A DNA stretch of 63,489 nucleotides, the filler included, from Anaerolineae bacterium (GTDB taxonomy: Bacteria > Chloroflexota > Anaerolineae > Epilineales > Epilineaceae): assembly GCA_029262755.1 (NCBI GenBank). It is 3 parts of 3 records of this genome, joined end to end, with 100 filler letters (N's around TTAATTAATTAA, not from the genome) between each part and the next. Parts side by side here need not be neighbours in the genome. Positions count along the whole stretch, not along the records: positions 29,419 to 59,802 come from JAJCYU010000383.1; 2 more parts are not named here. One strand, given 5' to 3'. The notes under the pieces are model-generated. The model had not been told where the DNA came from. It made no database searches and worked only from the letters and a program-made list of their open reading frames with translations. This document shows, one piece after another, positions 47,924 to 56,346 of this stretch; position 1 is the stretch's first letter; every line of letters starts with the position of its first letter. The position numbers and the translations under genes are program-made.

Positions 47924-49506
47924 CCCGTCGGGGGCTCCTCGCCCTTGCGCTTGCGTCCCGCCAGCCATGGTCGCATCTCGGCGATCGTCGCGCGGAGGCC
48001 GTAGCGGCGTAGGGCGCGGGCAATCTTGATCGGCAGCGGGGCCGCGGTGTCCCACGGGCGGCGTCCCACCGGAGGGAGCGCTGTGGTGGCCCATGTGCTA
48101 CGGAAGCGCCGCCGAATCATGCCTGGGGCGAACAGCTGCCTACCGTCCGGCGACAGGGGCACGGTTGGGAACTCGATGCCACGGGCTTCGAACGTCGCGT
48201 CCTGAATGTGCGTGCCCTGTCCGCGCCAGTTCAGCCGCCGATGGATGGGGCGCAACAGGGGCCGATCGTCCTCATCGCACCATAGCCCGAGACGGGCGTT
48301 CGGCGGCGCACCCGTGGCGCGGATGCGGATCCGCACGCGCCGACCTGCGCACTCCGCGATCGGGGCGAATCGAAGGCTGAGCGGGCGCCCGTCCAGCGCG
48401 AGGAAGGCGGGCACGGTGGCCGAGCGCGTCGGGGTGCTGCTCGGTGCGGCTTGCTGCGGTTTGGGCTGCCCGTTCGCATCGCTCGGCCCGTCCGCTTCGG
48501 CGTCGACGTGCTCGAGCAGCGTGACGTGGATCTCCACATGGCCCGCGTTGAGGCGCTGATAGGTGCCGGGCAGCAGCTCGATCCCGCAAAGGACGTCGGC
48601 GTCAACGGTGATCTCTGTGACGAGCTCCGCGTCTTGTGTTAGGCCGATGAGGCGCGTGTCACGTGCGCCGCCGCGTCGCGGTCGGAAGCGGGCAGGCGCT
48701 GCGCGGTGGCCCGCGGCATAGCCTGGTAGCGCGAGCAACTCTGCGATTGCCTCCTCGGCCTCATGCCGCGGTTCAAGGGTCTCCAGCGCGCGGGCGCAGC
48801 GTTCGTAGTCGCGCTCCAACTGGCGGAAAACGCCGAGCGGCGTATGAAGGACGAGCCGATCCAATGTGTGCTCCGGATCAGGCGATTGCTCCCGCGCCAT
48901 GGGCTGCTCGCGGGCCACGGTGCCCTTCGGGCGCAGAACCGCAAACGCGCCGAGCGTGAGCAGCAGATCTTCGATGTCCATGTGGCGGGTTAGCCGCGCG
49001 ATGAAGTCGTCGAGGGTGAGCTCTTCGACGTGATGTTTGTTGTGAAGCGGCCAGCGGTTGTCCCTGCGGCTCGACCAGGGCGTTGAGATCAACGCAACGC
49101 CGGTCTCTGGGTCGAGTTGCGCGGCAATGTTGGCCAGATACTGGTCGATGTCCTCGACGTGCTCGATCACGTCAAAGGACACCACGAGCGAGAAGCGGCC
49201 GTGGCGGCATGCGGGGTCGCATAGGTCGCCGGGCTCGAAGCGCAGACCGTCGTCGCCGTAGCGTTCGCGGGCGTAGGCCACGGCCTCCGGCTTGTCGATA
49301 CCGAGGCACGCGCCCTGTGTGTGACGCGAAAGCGCGCGCAGCCCGTAGCCGCTTCCGCTTCCGAAATCGAGCACCGTACCGTTGTCAGGCACGTAGCGTT
49401 GGGCGTAGCGGTAGCGCGATTCGTGGACGAGGCGGTTGAGCTCGTTCGGCTCAAGGTCGGGGATCAGCCGTTCGCCGGTGTCTTGCAAGGAGGCCGTCTG
49501 GTGCAT
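47920..49506 (-). CDS. Class I SAM-dependent methyltransferase with a C-terminal beta-sandwich-like domain
   Basis: TGERLIP, H..RY.YA, VLDFGSGSGYG, SFDVIEHV, ISTP, HV.E. Start at 49506 or 49533. Confidence 0.82.
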   Translation of the reverse strand: MHQTASLQDTGERLIPDLEPNELNRLVHESRYRYAQRYVPDNGTVLDFGSGSGYGLRALSRHTQGACLGIDKPEAVAYARERYGDDGLRFEPGDLCDPACRHGRFSLVVSFDVIEHVEDIDQYLANIAAQLDPETGVALISTPWSSRRDNRWPLHNKHHVEELTLDDFIARLTRHMDIEDLLLTLGAFAVLRPKGTVAREQPMAREQSPDPEHTLDRLVLHTPLGVFRQLERDYERCARALETLEPRHEAEEAIAELLALPGYAAGHRAAPARFRPRRGGARDTRLIGLTQDAELVTEITVDADVLCGIELLPGTYQRLNAGHVEIHVTLLEHVDAEADGPSDANGQPKPQQAAPSSTPTRSATVPAFLALDGRPLSLRFAPIAECAGRRVRIRIRATGAPPNARLGLWCDEDDRPLLRPIHRRLNWRGQGTHIQDATFEARGIEFPTVPLSPDGRQLFAPGMIRRRFRSTWATTALPPVGRRPWDTAAPLPIKIARALRRYGLRATIAEMRPWLAGRKRKGEEPPTG

Positions 49507-49716
49507 TGGGATCGTCTCGTTGGTGGGGGCCACGAATGCGGTGGGCCGAACAATTCACTGAGATCCGTCGGAGACCTTGAGCACAGGTCGGAACCTAGGC
49601 GAGGGGCTAAGATAACCCCGCGGTGAGCGGCAGGTCCACGTCGAGTGACCGGATCCTCCTCCGTCGCGCCCCAATTGCACTCGCACCAATCGCACTCGTA
49701 CGAACCCAAAGAGAGG

Positions 49717-51231
49717 ATGCCCGTGTCCCATTCCGCTTCGCGCGTCGACGGCGATGTCGTACGCAAGGTCCTGCCCGCCGTCGTCCAGGTCGTTGCCCTT
49801 CGCAAGGGCTTTCTCGGCAACATGTCGGTGGCGTGGACCGGGTCCGGGACCATCATCGACCCCTCGGGGATCGTGCTCACAAACTGTCACGTGGCGAACC
49901 CGCGTGCGATGGGTATGCCGGCGCCGCCCGCCAACGCGCTGGCCATCTCGGTGATCGAGCGTTCCGACGAGCCGCCGGCGCTGACCTACTTGGCAGAGAT
50001 CGCCGCGCAGGATCCTAACCTCGATCTGGCCGTGCTGCGCATCGTGAGCCGCATGGACGGCGGCAACGTCGGACGGCTGAAGCTGCCGCACCTGGACATT
50101 GGCGATTCGGACGAGCTGGAATTGGGCAACGGTCTTTCGATCTTCGGCTTCCCAGGGATCGGCGGCCAGACCGTGACCTTCACCGCCGGTAGCGTGGCGG
50201 GCTTCAACAACCAGAAGGGCGTGCGCGAGCGGCGGGCGTGGATCAAAACCGACGCCACGATCTCCGGCGGCAACAGCGGCGGCACCGCCGTGGATCACCT
50301 GGGCCGGCTGGTGGGTGTGCCGACGCAGGCGGCGGCGGGTACGGGCATCCAGCCCGTCGACGCGCGACCCGTCATCGACACGAACCGTGACGGCCGCGTC
50401 GATCAGCGCGACACGCCGATGTCGATCGGTGGCTTCATCAACGGCCTTCGCCCTGTGAACCTGGCGAGGCCCTTGCTGAAGGAAGCAGGCGTCGGCCAGC
50501 CCGTGCGGGGGCGTGCGAAGCAGGCGGTCGCGCAGCGGCGCGCGAGCCGGGCGGTCAAGGACGAGGTGGCCGAATCGCCCTTTTCGATGATGTTGTTCTG
50601 CACGCGGATCACGAAGGACGGTCGTCCGATCGATCCGGCCGACGTGCTGCCGGCCAAGACGAAGTCGATCTTCGCGACGTTTGAGTTCGAGGGCATGAAA
50701 AACGGCTCGACCTTCACCCAAGTGTGGGCGCTGGATGGGAAGAAGATCGTTGAGAACCAGGAGAAGTGGGATGACGGCGAGCAGGGCCGCAAGGCCATCA
50801 AGTTGTCCAAGGCGAAGGGGCTGCCCGACGGCGAGTACCACTTGGTGATGGCCGTTGGCGGCACGGTGGTCGGTGAAGGCAAGGTACACGTCGGCCGGCG
50901 CGCGGAGGATACGGACACGCAGATCCTCGGCGCGGTGGTCGACGAGCAGACCGGGCGCGGCATTCCCGGCGTGAAGCTGCTCGTGCTCAAGCCCGGCGTG
51001 AGCGTGGCTGAGTTCGTGCAGAACCAGAAGCGCAGCATGGTGGCCGCCATGGGCGAGACGGGTCGCGACGGCACATTCACATTGGCGGACCAGCTGCCCA
51101 AGGGCGCCGCGTACGGCTTGCTCGTGGTGGCGGATGGCTGGAAGGATCTCATGATCGACGGCGCGCTGCGCCTCGACGCACGCGCCCCGGAACGCGCCAA
51201 GCTCAGTCCGATTCAGCTCAAGCGCGGCTGA
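49717..51231 (+). CDS. Trypsin-like (S1C/HtrA-type) serine protease with C-terminal beta-rich domains and no PDZ domain
   Basis: GSGTII, LTNCHV (His), DLAVL (Asp), TDATISGGNSGG (Ser). Confidence 0.88.
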   Translation: MPVSHSASRVDGDVVRKVLPAVVQVVALRKGFLGNMSVAWTGSGTIIDPSGIVLTNCHVANPRAMGMPAPPANALAISVIERSDEPPALTYLAEIAAQDPNLDLAVLRIVSRMDGGNVGRLKLPHLDIGDSDELELGNGLSIFGFPGIGGQTVTFTAGSVAGFNNQKGVRERRAWIKTDATISGGNSGGTAVDHLGRLVGVPTQAAAGTGIQPVDARPVIDTNRDGRVDQRDTPMSIGGFINGLRPVNLARPLLKEAGVGQPVRGRAKQAVAQRRASRAVKDEVAESPFSMMLFCTRITKDGRPIDPADVLPAKTKSIFATFEFEGMKNGSTFTQVWALDGKKIVENQEKWDDGEQGRKAIKLSKAKGLPDGEYHLVMAVGGTVVGEGKVHVGRRAEDTDTQILGAVVDEQTGRGIPGVKLLVLKPGVSVAEFVQNQKRSMVAAMGETGRDGTFTLADQLPKGAAYGLLVVADGWKDLMIDGALRLDARAPERAKLSPIQLKRG

Positions 51232-51282
51232 GCCGGAGCCGTACGGAGCCGGAGCGGTACGGAGTCGGAACGAAACGAAGCC
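51229..51282. repeat. Degenerate 16-bp tandem repeat, about three copies
   Basis: TGAGCCGGAGCCGTAC GGAGCCGGAGCGGTAC GGAGTCGGAACGAAAC GAAGCC. Confidence 0.55.
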
Positions 51283-51380
51283 CATGCGGAAGGTAGGCCA
51301 CGCGTGACGGAGAACGGTCACGCGTGGGCGCCCACCGCCGCCATTCGAACGCACGCCCTCGCCCCAACAGGAGCCCACGT

Positions 51381-51905
51381 ATGGACCTGCCCTTTGGTAC
51401 GATGCCGCTCATCCTCAACGATATGCAGCCGCTGCATTGGGCCCTATCGGGCGCGATCCTAGGCGGCATCACGGTGCTGCTCATGGCCACGCTCAACACC
51501 CAGCTCGGCTTGTCGACCACATTCGCCAACTTCTGCGCGTTGGGCAGCGATCTGCCGTACTTCCGCCGTTCCTCGCTGCGCGTAGGCGGTCGTTGGCGGC
51601 TGTGGTTCGCGCTTGGGCTCGTTGGTGCGGGCGTGCTCTCCGCGGTACTGGGCGGCGGATGGACGCCCACCTGGAACCTCGGCTTGTTCGACACGCAGGT
51701 CGGTTGGGGGCCGATGGGGAAGGTCGCCTGGATGTTCGGCGGCGGTGTGCTTATCGGCCTTGGCACGCGCACCGGCGGCGGCTGCACCAGCGGGCACGGC
51801 CTCTTCGGCCTGGCCACGCTGCAGTGGGCGTCGCTGCGCGCGGTGCTGAGCTTCATGGTCGTTGGCATCGTGACCGCCAACGTTCTCTACCGCGTGATCT
51901 TCTAG
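51381..51905 (+). CDS. YeeE/YedE family sulfur-compound transporter subunit
   Basis: GGVLIGLGTRTGGGCTSGHG motif; AGGAG RBS. Confidence 0.9.
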   Translation: MDLPFGTMPLILNDMQPLHWALSGAILGGITVLLMATLNTQLGLSTTFANFCALGSDLPYFRRSSLRVGGRWRLWFALGLVGAGVLSAVLGGGWTPTWNLGLFDTQVGWGPMGKVAWMFGGGVLIGLGTRTGGGCTSGHGLFGLATLQWASLRAVLSFMVVGIVTANVLYRVIF

Positions 51906-51916
51906 GAGCCGCCGCC

Positions 51917-52390
51917 ATGAACCCTACGGTCCGCAACGTCCTGTACGTCGTCTACGGTCTGGCCTTCGGCTTCACGCTCAGCCGCTCCGGCGCCGCCGAT
52001 TTCAACTACATCCAGAAGATGTTCCTCTTCGAGGACCTGCAGCTCTACGGCATCCTCGCCAGCGGTGTCGTTACCGCCGGCGTGGGCCTGTGGCTCGTCC
52101 GCCGCGCGGGCCGTACGATCACGGGCGATCCCGTCTCGTTCTCGAGCAAGCCCGTGAACCGCGGTAACCTGGTCGGCGGCGCGCTCTTCGGCGCCGGTTG
52201 GGCGATCACCGGCATGTGCCCCGGCCCCGTTCTGGTCAACGTCGGGGAGGGCAAGATCTACGCGCTGGCTGCGTTTGCAGGCGTGCTGGCCGGTACGTAT
52301 CTGTTCGGATACCTGTATGCGCCGCTGCAGCGGACGTTTGGGTTGCCGGAGCTGCCCGCGGAGGTGCAGGGGGCAGCGGCAGGCGACTGA
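51917..52390 (+). CDS. YeeE/YedE family partner subunit
   Basis: GLAFG..L, GGALFGAGWAITGMCPGP motif; AGGAG RBS; real start inside ORF 51437..52390. Confidence 0.9.
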   Translation: MNPTVRNVLYVVYGLAFGFTLSRSGAADFNYIQKMFLFEDLQLYGILASGVVTAGVGLWLVRRAGRTITGDPVSFSSKPVNRGNLVGGALFGAGWAITGMCPGPVLVNVGEGKIYALAAFAGVLAGTYLFGYLYAPLQRTFGLPELPAEVQGAAAGD

Positions 52391-52502
52391 GCGGGCGGCC
52401 GGGTTGCTGCACGGCATGTGGCGACCACCGTCGACCGCTAATACAAACGTCCCGCCCACGCCATCGTGCGTGAGCGGGACGTTTCTCGTATCGACCGCGC
52501 GC

Positions 52503-53732
52503 CTACTCCGGATCCAGCTCCATCGTGCGAATCGTGCGTGGCACGAGCGCGATTGCGGATACCACGGCCGCCGCGATGCCGCCGAGCACGAACGTCGGGC
52601 CTGCCCCGACGCGGTCGGCGATGAAACCGGCGGCGGCGAGGGTGATGGGGGTGAGGATCCAGAAGCCCAGCTCGTTGAGGCTGGCCAGGCGGCCCATGCG
52701 CTCGGCCGGAGCGCGCGTTTGCATGACCATCGTCCAAGCCTGGGTGGACAGCTCCAGGGCGAAGCCGTTGACGAGCGCGGCCGCGAGGAGCACGCCGAGC
52801 GGCACCGGTAGGCCGAAGACGGCCAGGGCCAAGCCGCCGAGGATCGTCCCGCCGAACAGCAGCCATCCGGGGCGCGGCAGGGCCCGTTGCCGTCCGACCC
52901 ACAGGCTGCCAAGCAGGAAGCCGATCGGGAATACCGCCAACAGCAAACCGTAGACGCGTGCGTCCTCCCCGAAGCGCTCCGCGGCCAGGAAGGGCAGCGC
53001 GACGAGGAACGGCCCGACGAGGAGCGAGGCGCCCAAGGTGTTGGCGATCGTGCCGAGGCGCAGCACGGGATCGTCCCACACCAAACGGAAGCCGGCGACG
53101 GTCTCCGGCCACCAGCCGGCCTCGGCTTCCTCGTCCGGCTCCGGCGCCCGAGCGCCGGCCAGTAGCGGCGCCAACAAGAGGCCGCCGATCAGGAAGGAGA
53201 GGCCGTTGAGCAGCAGGCCGAAGGTGACGCCGCCGACCATCGTCACGAGGCCGCCCAGGGGAGGGCCGACTACGCGACCGAGTTGGAAGCTCATGCTCGT
53301 GAGCGCGTTCGCGCTTGGCAGATCCTTCTCCGGCACGATCTCGGGAACCAGGGCGAAGGCCGCCGGCTGAAAGAAGGCGTCGATGGATCCAATGGTGATC
53401 CCGAGGGCGTAGACGGCCCACAGGTTGAACTGGTCCGTCCACGCCAGATAGGCCATCCCCAGCACCAGCACGGCACGCGCCATGTCGGCCGCCACCATCA
53501 CGCGTGCGCGCGGCTGACGGTCGACCAAGACGCCGCCGACGACGGTGAAGATCGCGATCGGCAGGAAGCTGGCGATCAGGACGGTGCTCATGATGGCCGC
53601 CGAGCCCGTCTCCAGTAGGACCCACCAGGCGATGATGATCTCGTAGGCAAAGTCGCCGATGCGCGAGATCGTCTGGCCGGTCCAAAGCAGTCGGAAGTCG
53701 CGCCGGCGAAGGGCGCGTAGCGCGAGCATCAT
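52503..53732 (-). CDS. MFS transporter (DHA3/MefA-like)
   Basis: FRLLWTGQTISRIGD, GGVLVDR.PR..VM..AD..R, FFQPA, about 12 TM helices. Confidence 0.92.
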   Translation of the reverse strand: MMLALRALRRRDFRLLWTGQTISRIGDFAYEIIIAWWVLLETGSAAIMSTVLIASFLPIAIFTVVGGVLVDRQPRARVMVAADMARAVLVLGMAYLAWTDQFNLWAVYALGITIGSIDAFFQPAAFALVPEIVPEKDLPSANALTSMSFQLGRVVGPPLGGLVTMVGGVTFGLLLNGLSFLIGGLLLAPLLAGARAPEPDEEAEAGWWPETVAGFRLVWDDPVLRLGTIANTLGASLLVGPFLVALPFLAAERFGEDARVYGLLLAVFPIGFLLGSLWVGRQRALPRPGWLLFGGTILGGLALAVFGLPVPLGVLLAAALVNGFALELSTQAWTMVMQTRAPAERMGRLASLNELGFWILTPITLAAAGFIADRVGAGPTFVLGGIAAAVVSAIALVPRTIRTMELDPE

Positions 53733-54255
53733 CGCGCGGTCTCAGCAACGAGCTCGTCGAAGCGGTTGGGGGCGACAAGGCCGAAGACGTAGACCTCGTC
53801 CGGCCGGTACGATGCGCCGAAGAGCAGACCCGCTAGCGAAGGTGCGCGAAGATGTGTTGTCGACCGTCGAGGCCGCGTACACGAGGATGCTAGGGCCTTC
53901 GCCCCGTATGGAGGCTGGGGATCCGGAGGGGACTGGGAATGGGACCGGGGCTGGGATGACGGCAGGAGATCGGACATGCCTTCCTCGCTTCGGGCTCTGG
54001 CGGACGGGATGGGCCGCGCAGCGCAGGATCGTGCGCTATTCGAGAGCCTATCCGAAGCGAGCGAGGACTTCAACGCGGGGGCCTGCAAGGAAGTGGCGGT
54101 TTCCCAGGCAAGATCCCGTGATCCTCAGGCACCTCCACGCAGATCCGCACGCACGCGGGTCCTCGCTCCGCCCCTCTGCCTTGCCAGCGCTCACCGTGCG
54201 TGGTTGAATCGCGCGATCGGCGCGCCTCCCCGCGTCGGGCCGCGAGGAGCCGTCC

Positions 54256-56346
54256 ATGGGTACGATGGATGTCAGCCACGAGCTACAGGGCGATCAGCTG
54301 CGCGATTTCACGCGCAGGCTGCTGACCGACCTGCGTGCGTTGGAGACCATGATCAACGAGGGCATGGTCGAAACGGGCGTGCGGCGGGTGGGCGCGGAGC
54401 AGGAGATGTTTATCGTCGATGGCCAGTATCGGCCGGCCTTGTGCAGCATGGAGGCCTTGGAGCGCATCGATGACGCGCACTTCACCACGGAGCTCGGGCG
54501 CTTCAACCTTGAGTGCAACCTCGATCCCCTCACCTTCGGCGGCAACTGCCTGAGCCAAATGGAAGCCCAGCTGCACGAATTGTTGGGCAAGGCACGCGTC
54601 GCGTTGGCCGAGATGGGCATGGAGGCCGTGATGGTCGGCAGCCTGCCCACGATGCGCAAGAGCGATCTTGACCTGGACAGCATGACGCCCGTACGGCGCT
54701 ACGCGCTGCTCGGGCAGGCATTGGACCGCTTGCGCGGCGGGTCCTACGAGTTTCACATCAAGGGCATCGACGACCTGATCGTGCAACACGACAACGTCAT
54801 GCTGGAGGCCTGCAACGCGAGTTTCCAGGCTCATTTTCAGGTGGGGCCCGAGGAATTCCCGAACCTGTACAACATCGCGCAGGTGGCCACCGCGCCCGTC
54901 ATGGCCGTTGCCGCCAACTCGCCTTTGCTCTTCGGCAAGCGGCTGTGGGCCGAGACGCGCATTGCGCTGTTCCAGCAGAGCATCGACACCCGGCGCAGCG
55001 CGCACCATATGCGGGAGCGCAGCGCGCGGGTGATGTTCGGCAACCGCTGGGTGGATCGCTCCGTGATGGAGCTCTACCGCGAAGACGTCGCGCGCTTCGA
55101 GGCGCTGATGGGAGGCATCCACGACGAGGACCCCTTCGAGGCTTTGGAGCGCGGCGATGTGCCCAAGCTGCATGCCCTGACCTTGCACAACAGCACGGTC
55201 TATCGTTGGAACCGGGCCTGCTACGGGCAGACCAACGGCGTTGCGCACCTGCGCATCGAGAACCGCGTCATGCCTTCCGGACCGACCCCGGCCGACGAAG
55301 TAGCCAACTGCGCCTTCTGGTTTGGGCTGATCAGCCGCATGTCCCATGTACAGGACGATATTCGGCGCGACATCGACTTCTCGCACGCGCGCACCAACTT
55401 CCGCCTCGCCGCACGTCAGGGGATGAACGCCCTCCTGACGTGGATCGACGGCAAGAGCTATCCGACGCGCACGCTCGTCGCGGACGTGCTGCTGCCCATC
55501 GCAGAGACGGGCCTGGCCGAGGCCGGCGTCGACGCGGCGGACATCAAGCGCTACCTGGGCATCATCGACCGCCGAGTATCGGTCGGGCAGAACGGCGCGA
55601 GTTGGCAGCTGGCCAGCTTGCAAGCCATGGGCGAGCGGAGTTCGACCGCCGAACGCATGGCAGCCCTCGTCGGGGCGACCATCGCCCGTCAGAAGGAGGA
55701 CAAGCCCGTGTCGGAATGGAGCCTGGCCGACCTGGAAGAAGGCGGCGGTTGGGAGCTGAGCTTTTCGCGCGTCGAGCAGTACATGACCACCGACGTCTTC
55801 AGCGTTCGCGAGGAGGAGGCCGTCGATCTGGTGGCCAACCTCATGATCTGGGAAAACATCCGCCACGTTCCCGTCGAGGACGACAACCACAACCTGGTCG
55901 GCATGGTCTCCTACCGCGGTCTGCTCAAGCTGATCGCGTCCGGCGAGATGAGCGCCGATCATGCGCCGATCGCGGTCTCGCGCATCATGCAGCGCGACCT
56001 GATCACCTGCGCGCCCGATACGCGCTCGCTGGAGGCCATCCGCCTGATGCGCGACCACGAGGTCGGCGTGCTGCCCGTGGTCGACGACGGCCAGCTCGTC
56101 GGCGTTGTCACGCAATACGACTTCATCAGCGTCGCCCGGGAGCTGCTCGAAGAACGGTTGGAGCGGCTGGAGGCGGAAGAGGCAGCGGGGCGCGCGATGG
56201 CGGGTGATGATGGGGCCGCCGTTCGTGCAGATGCCGCCGGCGTCGCTGCAGATGGTGGCGACGCCGGAGATGGCGGGACCGCCGGCGGCAACGCAGCGGG
56301 AGGAGCCCCCGGAGTCGATGGCAAGGGAGAGGTCGCGTCGGGCTGA
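54256..56346 (+). CDS. Glutamate--cysteine ligase family (GCS2) protein fused to a CBS pair
   Basis: GAEQE, ELGRFNLE.N, ANSP.LFGK.LW.ETRI.LFQQS.DTR, LHNSTVYRWNR, HLRIENR; C-terminal CBS pair (YMTTDV...IRHVPV; IMQRDL...LPVVDDGQLVGVVT). Confidence 0.87.
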   Translation: MGTMDVSHELQGDQLRDFTRRLLTDLRALETMINEGMVETGVRRVGAEQEMFIVDGQYRPALCSMEALERIDDAHFTTELGRFNLECNLDPLTFGGNCLSQMEAQLHELLGKARVALAEMGMEAVMVGSLPTMRKSDLDLDSMTPVRRYALLGQALDRLRGGSYEFHIKGIDDLIVQHDNVMLEACNASFQAHFQVGPEEFPNLYNIAQVATAPVMAVAANSPLLFGKRLWAETRIALFQQSIDTRRSAHHMRERSARVMFGNRWVDRSVMELYREDVARFEALMGGIHDEDPFEALERGDVPKLHALTLHNSTVYRWNRACYGQTNGVAHLRIENRVMPSGPTPADEVANCAFWFGLISRMSHVQDDIRRDIDFSHARTNFRLAARQGMNALLTWIDGKSYPTRTLVADVLLPIAETGLAEAGVDAADIKRYLGIIDRRVSVGQNGASWQLASLQAMGERSSTAERMAALVGATIARQKEDKPVSEWSLADLEEGGGWELSFSRVEQYMTTDVFSVREEEAVDLVANLMIWENIRHVPVEDDNHNLVGMVSYRGLLKLIASGEMSADHAPIAVSRIMQRDLITCAPDTRSLEAIRLMRDHEVGVLPVVDDGQLVGVVTQYDFISVARELLEERLERLEAEEAAGRAMAGDDGAAVRADAAGVAADGGDAGDGGTAGGNAAGGAPGVDGKGEVASG

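Noticed and set aside
53733..54255. Short ORFs between the MFS and GCS2-CBS genes
   Set aside because: Overlapping low-complexity frames with no motif or clear RBS; probably a divergent promoter region.
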